Assembly: GCF_006345805.1 (NCBI RefSeq)
Contig: NC_043005.1
Location: forward strand, 34,844,001-34,908,000
Length of the DNA stretch: 64,000 nt
Source: Octopus sinensis
Taxonomy: Eukaryota
Direction: 5' to 3'
Below are positions 38,112-50,503 of this stretch, in pieces. Positions within the stretch are counted from its first letter, which is position 1. Each line of letters starts with the position of its first letter. The notes below the pieces were generated by a model. That model was not told the DNA's origin. It did not search any database and was given only the letters and a program-made list of their open reading frames with translations. The position numbers were made by a program, and so were the translations under genes.

Positions 38112-39551
38112 CTAATTACACAAAATAAAAACTCTTGAGTCATGTGCTAGTAATTAGAAATTTACTAGTTTAATTACTTTTTTCGGTAGGAGATGACCAG
38201 TTCGTCTAAATTCAGAAATTGGAAACAATGAAATTCTCAAGGCAAAAATCATTCACAATTGAGTTGTTTTTCTTTCCATAAAATCATTCAATCACATTGT
38301 CAGCTGGAAGAAAATTACTAAGAAAAAATGCTACAAGTATCAAAGGTTAGAAATGTTGACCTTTTGAATTTTGGTATTTTGCATGTTTTTCACATTCACA
38401 AACTAGGTTTCTATTTAAAAACACTTCTTAAAAGCATCACTGGAATGGTTCTGTTGTTATGTTTATTCTGCGAAGACAATATTCAAATTTAATGATTCAT
38501 GATGATGATACATTTTCCCCTATATTGTCTCACATTAGAAATGTACCATTTTCATATACATATATATAATCATCATCATTTTAATGTACACTTTTCCAAG
38601 CTTGCATGGGTTAGATAGAATTTACTGTGACAAATTTTTCTATGGCTGGATGCCCTTCCTGCCACTAACCTTACATGTTTCCAAGTAGGTTAATATTTCC
38701 CCGAAACCAGGCATGTTTACATGCAAGATTGGCACCAAGGGATATTGTGTATATATTAATGCCATTTGATTACAACTATTACAGGATATCAAGGCAAGGA
38801 GACAAGAGCATTAACATACATACATACATACATATTTTATGGGCTTTCTATAATTCCCATTTACCAAAACAACTTCCAAGGCATTGTTCAACCCACAGAT
38901 ATAGTAAAAGACAGTTGTTCCAAGGTGCTTCATTGTGGGACCAAAACCTAAATCACATGGTTGCAAAGTGAACTTCTTAATCACAGAGCCATGACTGTGT
39001 CAATGTATAAAGAATTTCTTGTGAGAAATACACACCATAATAACTCACAATGTGAAATTGTAAGTTAGCATGTAATAAAATAACATGGTGTGTGTCTGAG
39101 AGAGAGAGAGAAAGAGAGAAAGTGTGGGTGTGTATGAGAGCATATATGGGAAACAGGGAGAGAGTGTGTATGAGTGTATGCTTTTATGAAAGAGCCTTGC
39201 AGTGGAAGGGGGAAATGAGGGAATCACAACACATAACACAAGTGAATGACAAGCTCTGAAAAAAAACATAAATCAGAAACAACTCTTAATAATCTCTAAT
39301 GGGCACAAGAAAGCTGTTTAAAGGAGGATGAATGCACCAAGAAATAAGCAATCTGATTGGTTGAAAATTACAGAACTTTTGTGATTTACAAGGTTGTCTC
39401 CTCCGTCCATCCAAACAAGGTCATGTGACATTGACAAATTAAAATTTTAGGATAAAATTTGACTCTGTTACAGACAATTTTACTGCTTTAGTGTATGTGT
39501 GTATATATACACATTACAGCATATGTCTGTGTGTATAATGTCTGTCTAGAC

Positions 39552-39796
39552 CAGTGGTCCTCAATCATGTTTTGCCTATGGAGCCCCTTTGATTCCTATT
39601 TTATTCTACTGGACCTCCATAGCCATTCAACATAAAATCCTACTCTATTTTTATAATTAAATATTATTAGGAATTGTATAAAAAAATTAAAATATTTTGT
39701 GTATTGTAAAAGTAAAAGCAACCTATTACAGATAAATTTTAATAAAATATTATATGGACCCTCAAGGGCCGTATGTACTCTGGTTGAGAACCACTG
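39552..39796. mobile_element. hAT (Charlie-like) MITE
   Basis: TIRs CAGTGGTCCTCAA / TTGAGAACCACTG (12/13). 8-bp TSD GTCTAGAC / GTCTAGAA. Confidence 0.9.
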
Positions 39797-41324
39797 GTCT
39801 AGAATAAGAGGATGAATAAGTGAAATCAACAGCATCAGAAATATGCTTTACATCATATGAACCCCCAAAGAGAGGAAAGATAAAGTCAAATGTTAAGATA
39901 TAGGTGCAAGCATCATTGCGCAGGTAAGTGATTGTTTAACATTTGCATCATTCTGAGTTCAGATTGACCAATGTACAGGCAGAACATGGAATTTGGTCAG
40001 CAGAAACTATGTGGAGCCCATCGTGTGTGTGTGTGTGTGTGTGTGTGTTACAATAATAATAATTTTAATGATGTTTGCTCATACCTATGTCAATCCTAGC
40101 AGATTGCAACACCTCTGTAAAAATGCTTGAGAAGTGAAGTAAATGCAAGAGCCTTGAAATCGAGATCTCTGACATGTGGCATCTAAAAACAACAATTGTA
40201 CCTGTGAAATTCAGTTTTGGAGATAATACCAAAAGGTACTCTTAAATACTGTGATGATTACAAAACAACTAAAACAACAACAATGATGAATTCTTTTGGT
40301 TTAGCACAAAGTGGAGCTTTATAAAAGATACAAATAGGTAGAACTGACATCCATATATATATGTATTACTTGTATATATGTACTTTATCTCAACCATGCT
40401 CAGATGAAGATCAAAGTTCATTCTGACAGGAGGTGAACACAGAATTTACAACAATAAAATTCAAGAGTCTATAATAAATATTGTTCCACACACTACCAAC
40501 TTTAGTTTTCAATAGCAATACTGATCTTTATCATGGATTTGTCACTTAAAGCAAGAACTAAAAAACGAGTGTTCTTGGTATAAATACATGCCTATAGACT
40601 GAGTGATTTGAAAACCTTTGCCCTTATCTTTGTCTTGATTTAATGTCTCACACACACATTTTCCTTACAATCATGGCAGAAAAGAAAAAAGAAAGAAAGT
40701 GGAAACAGTACTGACAATGACATTGAGTCATAAAGATGAATGTGTTTTGAAGAAGAAAAAAAAAACTTTCATTCAGATCTCATCCATCTGAAGAATGCTT
40801 CATTTACCAGGGAACTTAAAAGTCACAATATTTATTATAATAAATATATATTCATTCTACATAATGTATTGATTACTCACATTTTTATTAGTGAAACTAA
40901 ATTATAATATTTTTATTTCTGGAAAAAATGGCTAGATTGAATGGCTAGAGAGTATGTGCCAGTAGACTGGAGAGCATGAGATGGCTTGTACCTTTTGTGG
41001 TCAGAATAATTCTGAATCTGTACAGTTCCTTGATTGGCCCTAGTTATAGTTTCTTCTGTATCATGAGGATTGCACCAGTCACGTTATCACATACTTTGTA
41101 TACAATGTATGCTTTTATCCCATTTCACAACTGTCCTTTCCAGTTCTTTCTCCCCATCTTTTATGTAAGTCCCCACACAAATTGTTGTCTGTTTGTGATG
41201 TACCCCTTATCTAGGCCCCTGTGGCTAATAAAAGAAATTATTATTATAATTATTTTCATCGTTATTATTACCATCATCATCATCATTATTGTTATAATAA
41301 TAATAATAATAATTTTTACTATAA

Positions 41325-41510
41325 GCACAAGGCCTGGAGATTGGGGTGGAGTAAGTCAATTACATCAACCCTCGTGCTCAAGTGGTACTTATTTTATTAA
41401 CCCCAAAAGGATGAAAAGAAAAGTCAACCTTGGTGGAATTTTAACTTAGAGCATACAGATAGAAAAAATGCCACAAAGCATTTTGCTCAGTTTCTGCCAA
41501 CTCTCCAACT
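41325..41510 (-). mobile_element. Family N SINE
   Basis: Follows a (TAA)n tract; aaaaggatgaaaagaaaagtcaaccttggtggaattt. Confidence 0.8.
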
Positions 41511-41738
41511 TAATAATAATATTATAGTGCCATAATAGCCATATTACTAACTGGTTTCCTATAACTCCAACTCCAGCAATCATCAGAAATAACTGAAGGT
41601 AATAATATGGAATAGGCTGTTTATCACTGAAGGCCTAGAAGTGTCACATGGTTTTTGAGTTGCATGACTGTTATAAAAAAACTGGAAAAAAAATTCATGC
41701 AAGAAATCACCCAGATCAAATGCAAAGAGATGAATATA

Positions 41739-43018
41739 TTGGGTCATCCCATAAATAATGCAGTTTTTTTATACTTCTTTTATTTTTCAAAATAAGATAT
41801 TTTATTAAGGAGTGTATATTCTAAAATATACACTCCTTCATTTTCTACAATACTCTTCCAGCTATCTGATAAACTTGCAAAGCCCCACTACCAAAATTCA
41901 CTTGTCCATGATAAAGAATACTGCTCTAGTACTGTTTTGACCTCATCTACAGAATTCATATTTTTTCCGTCCAAATGATTTTGAAGACTGCAGAATAAAT
42001 GATAATCAGGTGGGGCAATGTCTAGCGAATATGGTGGTTGGGGCACCGTTTCCCATTCAAACTACTCCAGGCTTTGGAATGTCATCCTTGCTGTATGTGG
42101 CTGAGCATTATCCTGATGGGAGAACACTTTTCGTCTTGAAACCAAAGATGGTCATTTTTCTTCTAGCACCCACTTAAGCCACTCAAGCTGCCCACATTAG
42201 ATCTCCTTTGTTATTGTTTGGTTTGGGGTTAGAAGTTCAAAGTGGACTAAACCTTTCATATCTCACCAAATACCTTATATGGGTGAAGACCTTCTTTAGC
42301 TTGGGGTGCTGGTCTTTCACCTTTCCCTATCCACTGTCTTTGGCACATGACATTTTTATAGAGAACCTATTTCTCATCACCAGTCACTATTCAGTCCAGA
42401 AAATAGGTTCATTGGCGAGACATGACAGCAAAGAAGAGTATACATTCACTCTCTGCATGCGATTAGACTTGGAAAGTTTGTGAGGAACCCATTGACCCAA
42501 TTTGCTGACTTTTCCAATGGTACGCAAGTGCTGATAAATGGTTGAATGACCAAATTCAAGCTTCTCTGCTAGTTCCTCAATGGTTATGGTGGGATTTTGT
42601 TCCATTGAGGTTTGCAGGATGTCCTCATGGAGCTCTACACATCTTCCAGGATGAGGTTCATCTTCTAGACTGTAGTTTCTGGCTCGGAATTTCTAGAACC
42701 ACCATTGACACTGGCTTACGCTTCTTGTCTGATTCCCATAAATTGCATTAATATTCCTTGCACTTTCTGTTGTGTTATTGACTTTATTGATCACACAAAG
42801 CAAAATATGCTAAACATGCTCCTTTGTCACTTCCATAATAGCTTTGAAAAAATAACTATTAGAATCGAACTGTACTTTTCAAAACTTGCACTAAGAATCA
42901 GTACAAGTTAAATTACTACCTGCTTTTATAACAAGTTGATGCAGGTAGTTTATCCCATCCCTCTGCAACTTTTAGTTCATGCAATTGAAAAAACCACATT
43001 ATTTATGGGACAACCTAA
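41739..43018 (-). mobile_element. Full-length (1280 bp) mariner element, transposase pseudogenised
   Basis: TA-flanked TIRs TTGGGTCATCCCATAAATAATGCAGTTTTTT / TTAGGTTGTCCCATAAATAATGTGGTTTTTT. MEVTKEH start near 42835, WVPHKL motif, PYSLDIAPPDYHLF (D34D-type). Stops and frameshifts present. Confidence 0.93.
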
Positions 43019-43066
43019 TATTTAATTCATTAGCCACTTGAAGAATACATGTGTGGATGTGCGCAT

Positions 43067-43111
<45 letters not shown>

Positions 43112-43116
43112 CACAA

Positions 43117-43470
43117 TCAAATGAGGTTTATTTTTCAACATAGTCCCCCTTGTGGTCCATACACTTCTTTCATTGGTATTGCAGTGCTTGGGATCCTATT
43201 GATGAAAAAGCTTTCATCCTGTTGGTCAAAAAGTCATCAACAGTAGATATGATGTCATCATCGCTACAGCATTGGTTCCCAGCCAAGTGTTTTTTCATGT
43301 TGGGAAAGAGATGATAGTCAAATGGGGCCAAATCAAGTGAATAGGGAGGGTGATCAACCAGTTCAAAGCCCTAGCCATGCACAGCAGTCATAGAAACCAA
43401 GGACTTGTATGCTGGAACACTGTCCCAACGAAACAAGAACCCTGTCATCAGTTTTCCTAGGTATTTGGTC
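43117..43470 (-). mobile_element. Second mariner, C-terminal fragment
   Basis: GFELVDHPPYSLDLAPFDYHLFPNMKKHLAG...DDDIISTVDDFL...KKCMDHKGDYVEK*. Confidence 0.88.
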
Positions 43471-43959
43471 TTGATAGACTTTCAGATGTCAGTTTACATA
43501 GAAAGAAACAATGCAGTTATAAATAACAAAGGTTGAAATTAATGCATGCATGATTCCACAGCTCTAGCATCACTCCTTCATAGTCAGCCTATGAACTTTT
43601 CAGCTCACCCTTGTGTGTGTATGTGTATGTACCCCCTCACACACACAAAATCTTAGTCATCACTCACAAGTATTACTAGCAGCATGCACCATGCTTTCAC
43701 TAATTCCATTAGGTGCTTATATAGTTACCAGCAGCTGTAGACTCTTTTTCAGTTCTCTTACCCCAGACCCATCAGAACATCAAGAATATGACAGCTACAG
43801 GGAGATAGGACTACACAAGCACTCAGCTGATACACATTCTCATTTGAGTAGATGGGAACAATATGAAACATAGTACTTTGCTCAAAGATATGGCATGCTG
43901 AGCAGCCCAGAAATCACACCATTGACTTTATGAAGATAAACTTAACATTATAACCAGCC

Positions 43960-44185
43960 AACACCAGTTATTAAGCAGTGGCAGGGGACAAACAAAGACA
44001 CACACATAGATATATACATATACAATGGGTTTCTTTCAGTTTCCGTCTACCAAATCCACTCACAGAGCCTGGGCTAGCCTAAGGCTATAGAAGAAGGCAC
44101 TTTCCCAAAGTACCATATAGTGGAACTGAACCTGGAACCATGGGGTTGAAAAGCAAGCTTCTTACTACACAGCCATGCCTGCACC
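43960..44185 (-). mobile_element. Family C SINE
   Basis: ctttcagtttccgtctaccaaatccactcaca...aagcaagcttcttactacacagccatgcctgc. Confidence 0.85.
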
Positions 44186-44199
44186 CCATACCATCATAG

Positions 44200-44505
44200 A
44201 CTTTCCTGTCATTAGACAATGTATGAAGGTCTTGCGATTTCTTGCTGAACAACCACGCAATTAATTTGTTTATAATGATAAAATGTTTGATTTAGACATA
44301 AACTTACTCACTCCCTTCATCAGATTGACATTACCTGTACAGGTGCATGACGTACCACATGTCAGAAGATGAGATAATCACAGAGCAATGTGAAATGAAG
44401 TGTTTTACTCAAGAACACAAAGAAACATCTGGTCTGAGAATCAAAACCACGTTCTCACAATCACGAGTGTAACATCCTGACCACTGAGGCATGCGCCTTC
44501 ATTGC

Positions 44506-44510
<5 letters not shown>
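44200..44510 (-). mobile_element. Family M SINE with tRNA-like head
   Basis: Minus strand starts gaaggcgcatgcctcagtggtcagg...ggttttgattc (A/B-box-like), then ttgagtaaaacacttcatttcacattgctc. Confidence 0.75.
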
Positions 44511-44558
<48 letters not shown>

Positions 44559-45237
44559 CAGGGAAGAGAGAGAGTTTTGGTGTTTTGAATAGAAAAACAG
44601 AACCAAAACATAGCACTTATGAAATTTTCATAAGTGCCAATGCACAGGACTTTCAGCTCTTGAGTCACTTTGCAGCTTCTATACACATGAATACACACAC
44701 ATACATATGTGTGTGTGTGCTTGCATGTGTAACTATTTGAAAGAATGACTAAAATGTTGAGGCTAGTGCTTTCAGTAAGGTTTATGCAACACCTAGAAAC
44801 AAGGTGGCAGCACTCATCACATCTTATTCTAAACCACTGTTAATAATACTTCATTTTGGTCACCTGATAGGAATCAAGGATACCTGGCACCAACAGACTG
44901 TAGCTAATAAACTGTATTTCATAACATTTAATATCTCTTCGACTCTGACAATACATTCTTAGCATTCTAAAGAATATTGTAGACAGTCAGTGTCAGTTTT
45001 TAGTTCTTTCTATAGATTACATCATAGTAGGGAGGAGGTAGGTTTTTGTTGATAGGATGGATATACCAGATTCCTTGGTACATTGGTATGTATGAATGTA
45101 GATAGATTACATACACCCCTGCATAATGGCAGACCAATAACTGAAGCCAAACCGAGAGAGGGGGAATTCATAAACAGAGAAGGAGAGAATACATAAACAC
45201 ACACAATAGTGTGTGTTTGTTTGTATGTGTTTGTATG

Positions 45238-45271
<34 letters not shown>

Positions 45272-45954
45272 CATGTACACACACACAAAACAGAGAAAGA
45301 GAAGAGTTATACTCAAACACAGAAAGAGGAACAAGAGATAGAGAAAGAGAGAAGGAAGAGAAAGAGAGAAATTTCTAAAAATAGAGAGAGAAAGAGAGAG
45401 AGAGAGAGAGACACACACACACACACACACAAAGTCCAGTAGGTAAAGTTCATTATGAGCTTAAAACTATTGTTTATTACAAAGAAAGTAGGAAAAGAAT
45501 AATAGACAGTAAATAAAGAAGAAACAAGCAACTGATGTGTGAAATAATATCAGAATAGAAGAATACTTAGATGGAAGTATTAGGTGTGAGGCGAGGGATG
45601 GGGTGAAGGGAAGGTTAAAAGATGTCTGAGAATGGAAAGTATATCAGGTACATAAAGTGACGATGATATCTAATTGTGAATGTGAAATGGTGATAAGAGA
45701 ACAAATATTGTATGTAAATAGATAAGTAAGATAATGATATGATATAAAGAGAATCAGGTAATATGGGTGCCAACTGGAAGATGGTTTCAAGAAGAGGAGT
45801 CACTGAGATGGAGAAAAAATCTCTAAACTCATGAATATTGTCAAAAACAGAAAATATGGAAATATTATTTGGTAATTGGAAATTGAAACAAATGTAATGA
45901 AGTATTAGAGTAAATCTTATATAGAACAAGTATACTCTAGGGTATGGTTACTAT

Positions 45955-46119
45955 AGATGCAAGCAATGCTGTATGATTAAGAAGATTACTTTGCAACCAT
46001 ATGATTTTGGGTTCGCTCCCACTGCATGGCAATTTGGCTAAAATGTCTTATACTATAAACCCGGTACAACTAATACTTGTGAAGTGAATTGGGTAAAGAA
46101 AAGCTGCATGGAAGCCCAT

Positions 46120-46152
<33 letters not shown>

Positions 46153-46360
46153 TTTTGTATTTATCCCCACACCACTTAATAACCAGTGTTGGTTTCTTTA
46201 TGTTTCCATAACCTACCAGTTCAAGAAGAGAGACTGACAGAATCAATACAAGACTTTAAATAATTAAAAAAGATATATATATTATGGTTGATTTGTTCCT
46301 CAAAACCCTTCAAGGCAGTGCCCCAGCATGGCCACAATCCAATGGACGAAACAAGTAAAT
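45955..46360 (+). mobile_element. Family C SINE, full length
   Basis: Head gggttcgctcccactgcatggca, internal (GT)/(GA), tail aaggcagtgccccagcatggccac...gaaacaagtaaa. Confidence 0.8.
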
Positions 46361-46790
46361 GACAAAACATAGACAAAAGCAGTCATTCATAAATGTTAAG
46401 AGTCCTACTGGTTCTTGAAATGTTGATATGTAAGCCACAGCTGCATGACGAAAAAATTCTCTTCTCAACCACATGGTTCTGGATCTAATCCCACTGTGTG
46501 GCACTTTGTGCAACTGTCTTCTACCATAGCCATAATGTCTTATGAGTGGAATTTGGTATTGAGTAGAAGTCTATTCTAATTATGTATACCAGTGAAGGAT
46601 ATAAGCACCATCAAGAAAACCGATAAACCAGTACTTCCTAATGAAAATGCTTGTTTGATAGTTATTTGTTCAACCTGAATTGCACAGACAATCCCTTACC
46701 ACTTTCACCATTATATATGCAGTGAAACATAGATCAGTCCATTGGGAACTTGTAACCAACAAGGGTGATGTTCCGAAAATGTGACATCAT

Positions 46791-47195
46791 CATCATCATC
46801 ATTTAACGTCCGTTCTCCATGCTAGCATGGGTTGGACGGTTCGACCGGGGATCTGGGAAGCCAGAAGGCTGCACCAGGCTCCGGTCTTATCTGGCAATGT
46901 TTCTACAGCTGGATGCCCTTCCTAACGCCAACACCTCCGTGAGTGTAGTGGGTGCCTTTTACGTGCCACCTGCACTGGAGCCAGGCGAGGCTGGCATCGG
47001 CCACGGTTGGATTGGTGCATTTTACGTGCCACCTGCACGGAAGCCAGTCGAGGCGGCACTGGCTTCGGCCACGATTCGGATGGTGCTTTTTACGTGCCAC
47101 CGACACGGAAGCCAGTCTTTTACGTATCTCCAGTCCAGGGGTCCTGGCATCTGCCAGGTGCCAGTCATAGGATTGGTTCAATTTCGATTTCACTT
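46791..47195 (-). mobile_element. RTE-LINE 3' end (family R), low divergence
   Basis: CpG-intact copy: catcatcatttaacgtccgttctccatgctagcatggg, with three ttttacgtgccacc subrepeats. Confidence 0.9.
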
Positions 47196-48129
47196 GCCCC
47201 AACATAAAATATAAATAAATTAATAATGAAACTGGATAAAATAAAAATAAATGAATATAATGTTCAGGTTCAGGTACCATAGGTTAATAAATAGAAGCAA
47301 ACTACACTGGAATGCTGTTCTTAAAAAATGCCAATTCAAAAAGGAAAGTCTGGGGAAATATAAGAGGTGAGACACAGTGGGTGAGAGGGGAGAGAGAGAG
47401 AGAGAAAGAGAGAGTGTGTAATTAGAATGGGTGTTAGAGAGAACGTAAGCATTCCTGTCAAGTATTTTCTTGGATATAGAATAAACTGTATGTACAATAA
47501 TCTTGTTATCTCTTCATTGTTCCATGTCCCCTTTCTATGCTGGCATGGGTTGGGTGGGTCATCATGATCGGTGTCAGCACATATTTGGGGATACTCTTTA
47601 CCTAGATGGGTCAGAAGACCACATTTTGATCATGAATGTGGGGCACACTTTGGTTTTGGAAATGATTGTGAATTTTTAAGAGCAAGTGAGTTTATCAATG
47701 GGTTGATCAGCATTTAGAGGACCACAACTGAAAACAGACTGGTTAAGAGCAAATGAGTTCAATAAAGAAAGTAGCAATAGATGTATTTCTTAAAACTTAA
47801 ATTCTGTAGGGCACATCAGATCTTCAAATATTTAATAAATTCCAGATAGTGAGCAGAAAGAAGCATCTTATTTTCTGATTTTCTCCTGATATTGAAGCAA
47901 ATATTGATATTAATATTGCAAGTATGGTTGTATGGTTAAGAACTTTGGATTCCATCCCACAACTTGGTAATTTTGACAAGTGTCTGCTACTATAGCTTTT
48001 GCCACTCAAAGCCTTGTGAGTTGTATTAAGTAGACAGAAACTGAAAAAAGCTGTGCATACATGCCATACATGTGTGAATGTCCCCTTGTCTTGAGGCTGT
48101 GCATGAACTGTAAACAAAAACAATGTCAT

Positions 48130-48320
48130 TCATTTACAATGTTCCATGATAACATGTCCCGCCATTGTCCTTTTTGTATATGAAGAACTAGGGGAAATAT
48201 TATCTGGCTTGGAAACACGTGAGGGTTGGTTGCCAGAGGAGCATCTAGCCACAGAAAATCTGCTTTAACAAATTCCATCTCACCTATGCAAGCATAGGAA
48301 AGTGGACATTAAAAATGAAT
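48130..48320 (+). mobile_element. RTE-tailed repeat (family B)
   Basis: ggggaaatattatctggcttggaaacacgtgagggttgg...ctatgcaagcataggaaagtggacattaaa. Confidence 0.7.
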
Positions 48321-50442
48321 GGTAGTGATGGTGGTAGTGGTGGTGATGGTGCAACCTTCTTTGTTCTTCAATATCTAAATACTGAAATTAATTATGAGTG
48401 ACACTGGGAATGTCCATGGATCATATGCAGTTTGTGAGCCTTGCAAATATTAGCTGCTCTATTTGACTGACAAGGCAGGTGAGATAAATGAGGACTGGTG
48501 ACATTTCATATACTATATGTAATTTTTAAAAGAAAAGATTACTGACAAAAATGAGGCAGTATATCTACATGGTAAAAACTGAAGCAGAATTAAAAATGAC
48601 TCAAGAGCTTTCCACAGTTTGATTACTGAATAAAAAGCAAGTGAAGTATAATTATGTAACAATAGCAGAAGAGAAAAGGTACAAGCTAAAAGATTAATTT
48701 TTGATAGCACTGTACCAAACCTTAAAACACACATCAGTTCGGATGCATGTATAGTGAGTAATTTTGACAGGTTTCCAAAATGGTATCCACCTTAGTACCA
48801 GCAGACTTTTTCTAATCTGACAATAATCAGAGTTTTATCACCATATGTTAATAATAAGAAAACAAATAATAAAAGAAAACTAATTTGAGCAGCAGAAACA
48901 TAAAGTAATAAAACTAGCAGAGGTAAACATGGCAAGGAAGAGACGTAATAATGACAGTGGATGTCAAGAACAGCATTTATAAGAGCTATTTAACATATCA
49001 GTTCATTTTGTTATTGATCTAGAAAGTAAAATTAATTTTATTGGCCATCCATAATAGCTGACGAAAACTGCTAAGAGCAATATAATAATAGGTAAGCTAT
49101 AGATTGTAGAGATTGTGAAAACAGTTTGCAATTTTCTATTTCTGAAAACATCAGAACAAAAATTAAATCATGATAAAAGACAGTTAAATTTATACAGGGT
49201 GCAGCCAAAAATCCCCTCAGATTTATTCACCATTCTTGAAAAACATTTCAACAGCAAACAATGATGTGCACTGGTACAAAACAAAACCAACACTGTTGAT
49301 TATGACAATAAGGGTTACAGTTGATTCAGTCAACATAACAGCCAACTCATGAAATTATACATGCAAGTGACTGAGCACTTCACAAACACATGTACCCTTA
49401 ACATAGTTCTCAGGGAGATTCAGTGACACAAAATTTTACAAGGCTGGCCCTTTGAAATACAGGTACACTCATTTTCCCCAGCTTAGTGGAGTGGAGAAAT
49501 GTGGAGTGCCTTGCTTAATGACATAATGCCCCATTATAGTAACTAAATAAAAAAACTGTAAAACATAACCTATATAAAGTCATCATTACTAACTACACAA
49601 CTCCTCTAAAGTCATACCAATGGCTGTTTGAAACAGAATGTTTTTCTGCTGTGCCTTATTTATTATCAAATCCTAGATGTAATAGGGTAGTTACACCATG
49701 CAGTTTTGGAATTCTCCTGTGGAATTTTTCTCTCTAGATTTAATCACATTTCAATTCTAGCATTTTATTCACAGGCTAAATAACTTAGTTATAAACTACA
49801 TTTAGTGAAGCAGTAATATAATGCCTTATATTATTTTAAACAAAATCACAGTAATAACAATAGAAGAAACAACCAGAATTTATATGCAACTCAACTTTGT
49901 TCAATAAATGTAAGCATACTGGAAGCAGAGTATTCTAAAGTTTGAGACAAGAACTTCCTTGAAAGAAGAAAATGAATTGTCATTGAAACTGTCTAAAAGT
50001 AGAAGACACTGATTGGGTGAGAGGAAGAGCATTTCAGGAAGGACTTAGTTGAACCAAGAGATATAAAGTGCTTCATTTTCTCACTGTCACCAACCCCCTC
50101 TCTCTCTCAGACAAAACTTCTTAAATTTGTTGTTCTTCCTTACGGCAAACCAAGTTTATTGCATTTTCTTAACACTCTGCTCACTATTTACTAATAATAA
50201 CCATCATTACTTTCATCAGATTCTACTATTTACTTTAATAGATGTTGTTCAGTTTGATGTTTCACTGTTCTAAATTCAAATCCTGCTAGAAATTAACATT
50301 TACAAAAGGCCAGAAGTAACAACCTTCCCTACTCATCTCTAGATGCTAGACTTAAGGCAGTAGATCTGGACCTTGAGTGCTTTTAATGGTGATCACTTTG
50401 TTATTAGCTTTCTGCCCAGGTCTCCAGACTAAGAATATTTAC

Positions 50443-50503
50443 TCTCTTCTTCCTACAAGTCTTGGAGACTCCCAAGAGAGTCCTGGGTATTGCCTTTCTT
50501 CCT
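50443..50503 (-). CDS. Candidate internal exon (61 nt)
   Basis: cttttttttgtttgtcttag|AGGAAG...AAGAGA|gtaaat. Open frames EERQYPGLSWESPRLVGRR or GRKAIPRTLLGVSKTCRKKR. Confidence 0.22.

Noticed and set aside
45600-45900. Possible third RLE-LINE relic
   Set aside because: No diagnostic motif could be translated with confidence.
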